A stretch of 64,000 nt of DNA, taken from assembly GCA_019322375.1 (NCBI GenBank), contig JAHWIP010000003.1:6792-70791 (forward strand), in the 5' to 3' direction. This document shows positions 37,452 through 46,755 of this stretch, in pieces. How positions within the stretch are numbered: position 1 is the first letter of the stretch; each line of letters starts with the position of its first letter. The DNA comes from Candidatus Woesearchaeota archaeon (GTDB taxonomy: Archaea; Nanobdellota; Nanobdellia; Woesearchaeales; SM23-78). A program made the position numbers and the translations under genes. Below the pieces are notes generated by a model. That model did no database searches, was not told the DNA's origin, and saw only the letters and a list, made by a program, of their open reading frames with translations.

Positions 37452-38285
37452 ATGAAGCTGATAAATGCTATTGGTGCCATTGTTTTAGGATTGTTTGTAT
37501 TAATTATACTAATCCTGATATTTGTTCCAAACACATTCAAAATTGTTAATAATATCTTTCTTATTATTGGCCAACAATTAGGCTTTAACCCAGCAGTTCC
37601 TGGAGGTGAAGACTATGGCTTTGGAGGGCTTTATGGAAGCACACCATCAACTATTCCAACTGATGCTGAGCCAGAGCGTATTAAAAAAGTCAAAACAAAG
37701 CCAGGCATTCCTGTTGATGAAAAATATTTTGGAGAGCTCTACTCTTATTCCAGGGAAGGAGCACTTGTTGACACCATTGTACTGCACCACACAGGGGATA
37801 ATAAAGCTTCGCAAACATTCAATACTCTGAAAAAAAGAGAGCTTTCAGTGCATTATGTTGTTGACAAGGACGGCACAATATATTACTTGATAGATGAGAG
37901 CACAAAAGGCGCTCATTGCGGTTGCTGCCCGCCAAGCAACCCGACTTGTTGCAAAGCAGGAGAAAACTGTCCTGTTTGCCTGAATGAAGAATTAAGAGAA
38001 ATGAATGCCAAATCAATAGGCATTGAAATTGTTAACACAGGATATGCAGATGATTACTACACTAATGAGCAATATGTTTCAATAGATAAACTGATAAATG
38101 ATATTGCAAGCAGATGGACTGCTATTGCTGTTGATAATGAGCATGTGCTTGGGCATTACCAGATTACACTGGGTAAGTGGGATCCTTCACCTGTTTTTAA
38201 ATGGGCAAGAATACAAGGATTGTCAGGCCACTTAATGCTTGCAGACATAGGAAAAAAAGCACCCTCTGAATACGGCTATACATGA
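37452..38285 (+). CDS. N-acetylmuramoyl-L-alanine amidase (Amidase_2/PGRP domain) with pilin-like N-terminal anchor and Cys-rich insert
   Basis: TIVLHHTGDNKAS..LSVHYVVDKDGTIYYLIDESTKGAHCG..NAKSIGIEIVNTG..VLGHYQI..KWDPSP = Amidase_2 signature; N-term MKLINAIGAIVLGLFVLIILILIFV; insert CGCCPPSNPTCCKAGENCPVC. Confidence 0.8.
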   Translation: MKLINAIGAIVLGLFVLIILILIFVPNTFKIVNNIFLIIGQQLGFNPAVPGGEDYGFGGLYGSTPSTIPTDAEPERIKKVKTKPGIPVDEKYFGELYSYSREGALVDTIVLHHTGDNKASQTFNTLKKRELSVHYVVDKDGTIYYLIDESTKGAHCGCCPPSNPTCCKAGENCPVCLNEELREMNAKSIGIEIVNTGYADDYYTNEQYVSIDKLINDIASRWTAIAVDNEHVLGHYQITLGKWDPSPVFKWARIQGLSGHLMLADIGKKAPSEYGYT

Positions 38286-38352
38286 GTTTGTGACAGAGCA
38301 TTAAAATACACTGAGACACATTAAAATAATAGCAAAGTTTATATACAAAGAT

Positions 38353-39081
38353 TTGCAAGAATTATATGAGATGAAACCCTTGTTTTCAAAGAATAAAAAA
38401 AAGAAAGGCTTGTCAACCCTTGGAACCATTATAGGACTAATACTTTTACTAGCAGTCCTGGCAATCTTTCTTCCGGTTATTCTTCGCGCAGGCAAAACAA
38501 CTGATGAAGTCCCCAAAGACATAATGGACCCTGTCAAGGCATGCCATGGAAAAGAGAGTGGTGAGGAATGTTATCTTGGCGGAATAGCTGGTTTTTGCAG
38601 GGATTTCAGGTGTGTTATAGAGACTTCAGCAAAAAACATGAAAGAATCAATAACTATTTTCAAGACAACTTTCAAGGACAGCATTGAGAATTGCCAGAAA
38701 GATGTAGCCCAGTGCCCTGAGGCAACAAAGGCTCTGGACTTAATGATTGGTTATTTCACAGATGCAGGGCTTGTTGTTCATAGATTAGCCTCAGACAGAG
38801 CAGAGTTCAGGCTATACCAGGAAAAAAACTTTTTAGGTATTGGAGGGCATAAAGCCTCTTTTGTTTTTTACGGCGATACTTGTGTAATAGAGAAGAAAGG
38901 GGATAATGATGTTCCTACATCGGGCAAAAACTTTAAGCTTGGGATCAAAAAAGAAAGCAAAGGTTTTGTAGTATATGACCTTGAAAAAACTGCTGCTGAA
39001 CTAGGCACTTTTATATCTTTCAGGCATCAAACCCAGAATGATGCAACCACCCCGGTCTGTGTTTATTACACTACAGATTAG
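38353..39081 (+). CDS. Pilin-like secreted protein
   Basis: MKPLFSKNKKKKGLSTLGTIIGLILLLAVLAIFL (KKG|LSTL); 6 Cys. Confidence 0.5.
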   Translation: MQELYEMKPLFSKNKKKKGLSTLGTIIGLILLLAVLAIFLPVILRAGKTTDEVPKDIMDPVKACHGKESGEECYLGGIAGFCRDFRCVIETSAKNMKESITIFKTTFKDSIENCQKDVAQCPEATKALDLMIGYFTDAGLVVHRLASDRAEFRLYQEKNFLGIGGHKASFVFYGDTCVIEKKGDNDVPTSGKNFKLGIKKESKGFVVYDLEKTAAELGTFISFRHQTQNDATTPVCVYYTTD

Positions 39082-39154
39082 CAATGCTAAAATAAATTTT
39101 ATTATCATAAAATATTTAATTATTAAAAAAAATTGATTGCAAAGGTGAACTATT

Positions 39155-39808
39155 TTGTTAACAAAATCAAGAAAAGGACTTTCCCTTTTAGGAATGCTTG
39201 GTGGTGTAATCATAGTAGTTGTACTGGTTATTGTTCTAATCAATATTTTCATTAACAGAGGAGCCAAGCCTCTGGAGAACATCACTGGAGAGATAATTAC
39301 CTGCGGAGGACTTGCAGGTGTTATTGGCGGGGGAGAAGGGGTTTGTATAAGCAAAAGCACTCTTTGCGACGGCCCAAAGCTTCCTAATCCTGAGTGCAAG
39401 GCTAGCAATCCTGACAAGCCTTATTGCTGTTTTAAACAAGCAGAGGGTGCTGAAGGCCCTCCTGGTTCTGGCCCGACGGCTTGTGTTAAGGATGTTGACC
39501 CCTGGGAACCTGTAATTGTTGAAGACGATTATGTTTGCGCTTCTAGTAAGGAGGCGTGCGAGCAGACTATGAATTTTGTTAATGTTCTGAATGAATGTGC
39601 TCAATTTAGTGAAGGTTGTGAATGCAAGGATGAAGTAGAAGGAATTGAGCACCCTTGTGAAGGCAATCTTAAATGGGCTCTTTTTGGCCTTGATAAATCT
39701 GAGCCTAAACATGAAGTTGTTATGAAATGCTATCCTGCTGTTAAGGAATGCGAGGATTCAAATGAATGTGAGCGTTGTGTTCCAAACCATTTTGAATGTG
39801 CAGAATAA
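39155..39808 (+). CDS. Pilin-like Cys-rich secreted protein
   Basis: MLTKSRKGLSLLGMLGGVIIVVVLVIVLI; about 20 Cys. Confidence 0.5.
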   Translation: MLTKSRKGLSLLGMLGGVIIVVVLVIVLINIFINRGAKPLENITGEIITCGGLAGVIGGGEGVCISKSTLCDGPKLPNPECKASNPDKPYCCFKQAEGAEGPPGSGPTACVKDVDPWEPVIVEDDYVCASSKEACEQTMNFVNVLNECAQFSEGCECKDEVEGIEHPCEGNLKWALFGLDKSEPKHEVVMKCYPAVKECEDSNECERCVPNHFECAE

Positions 39809-39872
39809 TAACTCTGTTAATTCTTCCCCACCGAAACAAATTTATACTTATTAAGCAAGTTTCTTATGTATT

Positions 39873-41027
39873 ATGGCTTGGATGAATAAAAAAGGCGGTG
39901 AAAGACAGATTGGACTTAGCGAACTTACGCTTTATGTGTTTGTCATTCTGCTTATAGTTGTCTTATTTATTGTTAGCTATAGGTTTATCGGAGCTTTTCT
40001 CAGAGGAGGAGTTGATAAAGACACTGAGTCTAATTTTGTGTCACTGGCAGAGAACCTTGAGTTAATGATTGAGAAAGACGCAGGGTTTGAATACCAGACC
40101 ATGATTTTTTATATGAAAGAAAAGCATTTTGTGTTTGGCTTTACATCCAAGCAGGCTCTTTCCTCTTCTCCAGCAAAGCATTTTATGCCTGAGAAATGCA
40201 ATGAGCACTCATGCCTTTGCCTGTATAAAGAACCTGATGATGTAGCAGATGACAAGCCTGTCAAGTGCATATCTTTTGGGCACAAGGTTATTTTTCATGG
40301 CTATGACTTAAAAAAAGTGTCTGCTGCTCAGCTGGTTTATCCTGACCTAGGAGCAGAGCTGGGTGCGCGTGAGCAAGGAGAATCTTATTATTTATCTGAT
40401 TATCCTGAAACTATTTCTTTTTATATAGAAGGCTTGTTTATTGGCCCTTCACTAGACAATCCTCATGACCTTTACCTGGAAAAAATAGTTGCTAATAACA
40501 GGGTGCATGTTTTTGTGACTCCTGGCCTTAAGCAGGAAATGATAGAGACAAGGATTGAACTGTTATCTCCCTGCCCTTTTGATTCTGATGAAGAATGCAT
40601 GGGCAAGAGAAGAAACTCTGTTCTGGGCAGTAATGATTATTGTTTTTATGATGAGAGCCAGGCTAAGTGCTTGTTAAAAAAAGATGTGGATGCCTGTTCT
40701 TTCTCAGACAGAATTACACAGCCCTGTCTTTGCGGCTCTACATTTATAGACCCAGACACCAGGACAGAAGAAACCTATTGTTATCAAAAATCTGATAAAA
40801 GGATTTTTGTCCTTCCATTTGACTGCGATTCAGAGGAATTAAGAGAAAAAAAATGCCTTGCTTACTGCAGGGCAATCACTGATACAGAGGACTGCGACAC
40901 AAGAGAACAGGATTACTGTGATAAAGACCCTTGCGAGTTTGCTTCTAAAGAAAAGCCGTGCGAAGTGCGCCCATTAGGCAAAAAAACTTATTGTGCTTCT
41001 TACTCAAGGGATTACAGCATGGATTAA
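39873..41027 (+). CDS. Pilin-like Cys-rich secreted protein
   Basis: MAWMNKKGGERQIGLSELTLYVFVILLIVVLFIV; about 25 Cys. Confidence 0.5.
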   Translation: MAWMNKKGGERQIGLSELTLYVFVILLIVVLFIVSYRFIGAFLRGGVDKDTESNFVSLAENLELMIEKDAGFEYQTMIFYMKEKHFVFGFTSKQALSSSPAKHFMPEKCNEHSCLCLYKEPDDVADDKPVKCISFGHKVIFHGYDLKKVSAAQLVYPDLGAELGAREQGESYYLSDYPETISFYIEGLFIGPSLDNPHDLYLEKIVANNRVHVFVTPGLKQEMIETRIELLSPCPFDSDEECMGKRRNSVLGSNDYCFYDESQAKCLLKKDVDACSFSDRITQPCLCGSTFIDPDTRTEETYCYQKSDKRIFVLPFDCDSEELREKKCLAYCRAITDTEDCDTREQDYCDKDPCEFASKEKPCEVRPLGKKTYCASYSRDYSMD

Positions 41028-41113
41028 TAATAGTTGCTTGGATTAATAATAATTATTAGTAATTGTTCTAAAAACCTAAATCTTTTTAAACTCGTTTATC
41101 AACAATTTAAGTT

Positions 41114-41596
41114 ATGAGTTTTTATGATTTTAATAACAAGAAAGCCAGGAGCATGATTGCAACTTCTTTTTATGTATTATTTGGCTTGATGCTGGGAGCC
41201 TTTTTTGTGATAGCTGTTCTTGGAAGAGTTAAGGATGCTGTTGGTGATTCTGCTTATCATAAAAAGTTTTATTCCAGGGACCTGGCCTTGCTTGTTGATG
41301 CCTTGCATGCCAGCAATGGAAAGTTTGTTGTTGATTATGATGTTAATCTTCCAGACAACATGCTCCTGGACTTTGGTCTTGAGCCTGGAGCAGTCATCTT
41401 AACAGACCGCTCTGACACACTCATGGATAACAGGCATAAAACTGCTTTTTTGTTTGGGCATAATGATTATGTAAAAATAATTCCTGTCACAATTGACAAG
41501 AACATGCTTAAATTGTTAGTGGTGGCTGATAACAACACCATTACATTTGAAGAGAAAGGGATGGATGATTTAAGTACAAATGATAAAGAGGAGTGA
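41114..41596 (+). CDS. Pilin-like protein
   Basis: MSFYDFNNKKARSMIATSFYVLFGLMLGAFFVIAVL. Confidence 0.45.
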   Translation: MSFYDFNNKKARSMIATSFYVLFGLMLGAFFVIAVLGRVKDAVGDSAYHKKFYSRDLALLVDALHASNGKFVVDYDVNLPDNMLLDFGLEPGAVILTDRSDTLMDNRHKTAFLFGHNDYVKIIPVTIDKNMLKLLVVADNNTITFEEKGMDDLSTNDKEE

Positions 41597-41629
41597 TTTA
41601 AGTATAAATGATTTAAGCAAAGAATAAGG

Positions 41630-42169
41630 ATGAGAATAATAAAAAAGAGGCTGAGCCTGAATAACAAAAAGGGGTTGGGAACTGAGGAGTGGCTTGAACT
41701 TCTGCCTTACATAGTGTTAACAGTGGTTGTAATGGTGGCTATTTTTGCCCTGATAAACCTTTTTGTTAATATTTCTGTTGATGTTAAGCCTGTTCAAAGG
41801 GAAGTTCTTTTCTACAGGCTGATGTATGCTCCTAACTCAATTATGTATATGGATAATCTTACTGGCAGGGTTCACCCTGGTGTTATTAGCTGGGATAATT
41901 TTACCAACCAGACCCTTGACAAATCTATTGCTTATGATTATGAAAGGCATATATCTGCAAAATTGATATTATATAACCTGGAAAAAGAGCCAATCAAAAC
42001 AGCTTATCTTAATGGGCTGTGGTTTAACCGCTTAGAGCCTTTGGCCAGGAGCAGGATTAAGGGTGCAGGCAGTGCAGAGCTCTACACCAAGAAAATCCCT
42101 GTTGTTTACAGGAGAAATGATGTGAACAGGGCAGGCTATCTTAAAGTTGAGATTATCATTCCAAACTAA
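41630..42169 (+). CDS. Pilin-like protein
   Basis: ..NNKKGLGTEEWLELLPYIVLTVVVMVAIFALI (KKG|LGTEE, Glu at +5 as in bacterial T4 pilins). Confidence 0.5.
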   Translation: MRIIKKRLSLNNKKGLGTEEWLELLPYIVLTVVVMVAIFALINLFVNISVDVKPVQREVLFYRLMYAPNSIMYMDNLTGRVHPGVISWDNFTNQTLDKSIAYDYERHISAKLILYNLEKEPIKTAYLNGLWFNRLEPLARSRIKGAGSAELYTKKIPVVYRRNDVNRAGYLKVEIIIPN

Positions 42170-42184
42170 CAGCGAGTGATTTGA

Positions 42185-42853
42185 ATGAGCAGTTTGATTA
42201 ATTCAAGAAAAGGCATGAAAACCATTGTGACAATATTATCAGTTGTCTTGTTAGTATTCATATTCATAATATTTATTTTTCTTTTCAGGCTTGGCGCCAG
42301 GAACAAGGCAGAAAGCATAGAATCAGATTTTTCCTCTGTAAGAACAGAGTTTTTGCTTAAAACCTTTTTAAGAACACCAGCTGTTATTAGTGATGATTAC
42401 CCTGTTGAAGACTTGTTCCCTGGCATAGGAGAAGGCATTACCAATGCAGACCTGGTATCATGGACATGTAGTAAGGATAAAGACAGGAATTACAAGACCT
42501 TGAAAAACTCAATAAACACTTTTTTTGATGAGGCATATGAAGATGACTGGGAAGCATGGATAATCTATTCTAATCCTAAAGTAAAAAAGAAGGGCTTTGG
42601 GCACAAGAGTTATCTTGAAGGGATTGAGAAAAGCATAAACCGCTTGCTAACAGCAGGACAGCTGGCTTTGCTAGCAGCCAAATCATCAGACCCAGCCAGC
42701 AGGGGATTAATCTTCAAGCTTTTTATAACTCCTTATCGTGAAGCAGGCTTTGGCTCCCAGGTGGTTCCTTGCCCAGACGGAGAACTAGCCCAGATAATGC
42801 TTTACTCCCACACAGCATTTATTGAAATAAAACACCTGAAAGGCTTAACATAA
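42185..42853 (+). CDS. Pilin-like protein
   Basis: MSSLINSRKGMKTIVTILSVVLLVFIFIIFIFLF. Confidence 0.45.
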   Translation: MSSLINSRKGMKTIVTILSVVLLVFIFIIFIFLFRLGARNKAESIESDFSSVRTEFLLKTFLRTPAVISDDYPVEDLFPGIGEGITNADLVSWTCSKDKDRNYKTLKNSINTFFDEAYEDDWEAWIIYSNPKVKKKGFGHKSYLEGIEKSINRLLTAGQLALLAAKSSDPASRGLIFKLFITPYREAGFGSQVVPCPDGELAQIMLYSHTAFIEIKHLKGLT

Positions 42854-42865
42854 GATAAAATAAAA

Positions 42866-45800
42866 ATGGATAAAGTAAAACTGAGATTAAAAAACAGAAA
42901 AGCACAGGTTTACCCGCTTTTTGTAGTGGTCTTTACAATAGTGGCCTTGACAACAGCCCTTATTGGCTTGAGCAATGCAAAAGAGGTTACTGATTTATCT
43001 GGCAGGGAAATGCTTATCGGCACCAAGCAATCAGCTGTTTTTGCATCTCTTCAAGACGCAGATGCTGTTAGTTTATTCATAGAGCAGGCAGCAGAATTTG
43101 CAGGCCAGCAAGCCCTGGATAAAATAAGAAAATCATGCTTTTTTGGAGTTGATGAGGAACAAGAAGTTGATGAGTGGGAGTCTCCATGCGGCAAGTTTGT
43201 TTATCCTCTTTGGAGCACTAATGAAAATCTTTGCCTTCCTGATTGTGAAACAGCTTTTGTCAATGCCTTTAACAAGGATTTTTTAAGCCGAACAAACAAG
43301 TATTATGAGTTCACAAACATAGAGCTGCCTATTTCTTATAACATGAGCCTGGAAATACATGACAATCATTTTTTTGTTCATGGAACCTCTGACACAGAAC
43401 TAAGGATTAATGTGGTTGATATTCAGAGCAGGATTAAGTCTCCCCTGGCAATAGCCCAGACTTATGAGGAAGGCAGGCTTATCTGGCCTGTTGATTACTC
43501 TGACCACACAATCACCTCTTGCTTTGGTGAAAGAGATGTTGTTGGGGGGAGCAAATACCATCCTGCTGTTGATATCCGGGCTCCAAAAGGAACACCAGTG
43601 CTGGCAGCTGCTTTAGGAAAAGTGATTCTTACTGACCCTTGCTGGGGAAGAATTGTTATTAATCATGGCTCTGGCTTAAGCACAGAGTATCTTCACTTGG
43701 AAAAAATTGATGTTAAGGTTAATGATGATGTGGTGCAGGGACAAAGAATAGGAACTTCTGGCAGCAATGGCTGTGACACAAGAGAGTTTGTTCCGCACCT
43801 GCATTTTGGGGTTATATATCAAGGTGTTCAGTCACCCATGCATTATAAAGGGCAGGAAATAGTTTTGAGCAACAACCATATCCAGCCCATGTGCTTGATT
43901 GAAAAAGGGTATGCTGCTAAGCCAGAAAGCAACTGCAACCAGCTTGTGAACACAGACTTAGACAAGATTTGTGAATTGTATAATCTGCCAGAAGAATTTT
44001 TTGAATCATCAGAATCATCAAAGCCATCAGAGCCATCAGAACCAGACCAAGACACTTCTTCTGAAGAAAGTGCTGATGCAGAGAATGCTGGTGCAGAAAG
44101 TGTTAATGCAGAAAGCACTGAGCTGGATTATTCTCTGGCACAGGCTCCTGGCAGCTATGCTTTTAAACCATCTTTTACCTTGAGGGTTAACAAGAAAATA
44201 GAAAACCCTATTGAGCCAGTAACAGAGTGGTTTGAGAACACCTGGAACGAGTGCGAGGATGACCCTTGGAAATGTTTAAGAGAAAAAATGAGTGAGTTTA
44301 ATGAGCAGGACTATGATTACAAGCTCATGTTTGCTGACAGGTGCGAGGAAGGCTATCACTTGTTCTATGACATACTGGAGTTTTTTGAGGACTGCTTTTC
44401 AAACCAGAAGTATGGGTGCTCATGCGAGTTTAATTTATCAGATGCTTTTTCAATAACTGACTTGCGAATAGTTTTTGACACACAAGCAAACACAGCCTCT
44501 CTTTTTTCCAAGCAGGGAGATAAGCCTGGTGATGAATATGAATTAATTGATTCATACCAGTTCTATTATGGAAGCATAACCAAGCCAGCCCCTGCTTCTC
44601 CTTATAGGTATTATGTGTATCAGCTTGATTATGATGATTATGGGGAGCTGGAAAATGCAGAGCTTATGCAAATGAAGTCATTGCTTGATGTATTTGATGT
44701 TGTGCCTTTTTTTGATTACAAAGAACTAAGACTGGCAAAGCCAGGAGAGGCTGAGCAAGGATATTTTGTGAACACAGAAACAATTCAGTGCAAGTACAAG
44801 AAGAACAAGTTCAGGCTGTGTGCAAAGCCAGCACAGGAAAGAGAAGACTTGTTCCCTATAAGGTTTGCTTTTCACTTAAAAGACAAGCCTCCTGAGCCTG
44901 TTAAAAAAGGAGATGTGGAAATTATAGAGGTGGAGGAGAGTTCTGAGTCAGATGTTGACAAGGTAATGCAGGCAGCAGGCTTTCTAGGAACCATATTCCC
45001 TCCTCTAGGCTACTTGTTCACAGCAATTAATATTCTCAGTGTGTTGGAAGACTTTAAACCAAGAAAGTTCGAGGTAATAGTTGATGTTCCTCTTGACAAG
45101 GATGGCAAACCCCTGGATGTTGCTGGCTATGAAGTTTATTGCAGTGATTACCTGACAAACATCCTGCCAGTGGATGTTTTGGATAAATATAATCCAAGTC
45201 ATTTTGTTGTGATGGCTAATGATGAGATGAATAAAAAAGTAAGCCAGCTAGACCAGTATGTTAAGAAGAACCCTTACACAGACTTTCTGAATCTTGAGAG
45301 CTGTGATGTGCCTGTGAGCAAGTTCACAGGAGAAACCATTCTTGTGCCTGGAATCAAAGGGGTTGTTAAGGACGGTAAAATGGTTTTCAACCTTCATAAA
45401 TGCGGGGACTTGGCAATAATTATAGATAAACTAATAAGAAAAGACTACTGTGTATCACTAATACCTGTTGACAAGAATGGCAACAAGATAATGGAGCATG
45501 CTGTGAGCAACTGCGCGCAAACCAATTCACTGCTTGACCTGGTTATTAGTGAGATGATAGAGGAACAGCTAGGAGAATTTATTCCTGCAAGCCTTATACC
45601 TGATAATTTAAAGCCTTATATCAAGCTGCCTGACACAAGCGATATTGTTAATGCAGTAACAGGGGAAGGCAGTTTTGACATGATAGACATTGTTAATCTT
45701 GACAAGCTGGACGCAGACATAAAAAATTATCTTGAGGAATTCGTGGTTGGAACTATTAATGAAGACATAATAGGCACTTCTGTTGTTAATTCTATTGATG

Positions 45801-46639
45801 ACTTAAAGCTCTGGGAAAAACAAACAGTGCTTAACACCCTGTCAAACCAGATAAAAAATGATGATGCAAAAACCTTGTTTGATGCCTTTGTAACAGGAGA
45901 AGGTGTTGCTGAGTCTGCCAAGCGCATGGCTTATGAAAAAGGAGTAGGATATATAGACCAGACAAAAACACCTGAGATACTTAAGGAGATAGCCAAAGGA
46001 GAAGACCCTAAAAGCCTTGCATACCAGGAACTGGTAAAAGCAGCTGAGAAAGAGCTCAGCACTGACGAGAAAAAACAGGCTCTGCTGGAGATAGCCAGGA
46101 GCAGCAGTGGAAGAGAGGTAAAAGATAAGATAATAGAAAAAGCCCTTGAAAAAGGATGCGGCGAGTCATATGGAATAAGTGCAGAGCAGGCAATCAACTG
46201 CCTTGACAATGAAGAGGTAGAAAATATTTATCACAAAGTTCTGACAGACTACAGCACACCAGACAAGGTAAAACAGTTTTTGCTTGACAAGGCAATTGAC
46301 AAGTTTGATGAAAAAACACCAGACGTGCTAAAAGAGATTGTTCTGAAAAGAGACTTTAAAGGAGCAGCAAAGGACATGCTTGAGAAAGAGCTTGACAAGC
46401 TTCCAGACGCTGTTAAGAAAGAGTTTATTACTGATATACTTGAAGGCAGGCTTCCAGATGTTGAGTACTTGCAGCAGGAACTAGTGAAAATGATACCAGC
46501 AGTAAACAATGAATATGTGAATGCCCTGCTAAAAGACGGCAATGTTAAAAACCTGATAGAATCAACCCTTAAATCAGAGATAGAAAAACAACTAGGCTCA
46601 TTCTTCTCAGATGAATGCGTGGCAATTAATAAGGATTGA
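42866..46639 (+). CDS. Giant pilin-like secreted M23 (LytM-type) metallopeptidase
   Basis: 1257 aa; N-term MDKVKLRLKNRKAQVYPLFVVVFTIVALTTALIGL; M23 motifs YHPAVDIRAPKGTPV (HxxxD) and VPHLHFGV (HxH) at about residues 230-320; acidic Ser-rich linker; long K/E-rich helical C-terminus. Confidence 0.8.
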   Translation: MDKVKLRLKNRKAQVYPLFVVVFTIVALTTALIGLSNAKEVTDLSGREMLIGTKQSAVFASLQDADAVSLFIEQAAEFAGQQALDKIRKSCFFGVDEEQEVDEWESPCGKFVYPLWSTNENLCLPDCETAFVNAFNKDFLSRTNKYYEFTNIELPISYNMSLEIHDNHFFVHGTSDTELRINVVDIQSRIKSPLAIAQTYEEGRLIWPVDYSDHTITSCFGERDVVGGSKYHPAVDIRAPKGTPVLAAALGKVILTDPCWGRIVINHGSGLSTEYLHLEKIDVKVNDDVVQGQRIGTSGSNGCDTREFVPHLHFGVIYQGVQSPMHYKGQEIVLSNNHIQPMCLIEKGYAAKPESNCNQLVNTDLDKICELYNLPEEFFESSESSKPSEPSEPDQDTSSEESADAENAGAESVNAESTELDYSLAQAPGSYAFKPSFTLRVNKKIENPIEPVTEWFENTWNECEDDPWKCLREKMSEFNEQDYDYKLMFADRCEEGYHLFYDILEFFEDCFSNQKYGCSCEFNLSDAFSITDLRIVFDTQANTASLFSKQGDKPGDEYELIDSYQFYYGSITKPAPASPYRYYVYQLDYDDYGELENAELMQMKSLLDVFDVVPFFDYKELRLAKPGEAEQGYFVNTETIQCKYKKNKFRLCAKPAQEREDLFPIRFAFHLKDKPPEPVKKGDVEIIEVEESSESDVDKVMQAAGFLGTIFPPLGYLFTAINILSVLEDFKPRKFEVIVDVPLDKDGKPLDVAGYEVYCSDYLTNILPVDVLDKYNPSHFVVMANDEMNKKVSQLDQYVKKNPYTDFLNLESCDVPVSKFTGETILVPGIKGVVKDGKMVFNLHKCGDLAIIIDKLIRKDYCVSLIPVDKNGNKIMEHAVSNCAQTNSLLDLVISEMIEEQLGEFIPASLIPDNLKPYIKLPDTSDIVNAVTGEGSFDMIDIVNLDKLDADIKNYLEEFVVGTINEDIIGTSVVNSIDDLKLWEKQTVLNTLSNQIKNDDAKTLFDAFVTGEGVAESAKRMAYEKGVGYIDQTKTPEILKEIAKGEDPKSLAYQELVKAAEKELSTDEKKQALLEIARSSSGREVKDKIIEKALEKGCGESYGISAEQAINCLDNEEVENIYHKVLTDYSTPDKVKQFLLDKAIDKFDEKTPDVLKEIVLKRDFKGAAKDMLEKELDKLPDAVKKEFITDILEGRLPDVEYLQQELVKMIPAVNNEYVNALLKDGNVKNLIESTLKSEIEKQLGSFFSDECVAINKD

Positions 46640-46755
46640 TAAAGCTAATTCTTGCAACAAAAAGCCCATCCTGTGAATTATCCGGCTCTACTATGGAAAA
46701 GTTTTTAAAAAACCCCTCAGTTGTTCTTTTGAAAGAGTTATTAGGGTGGTATTTA

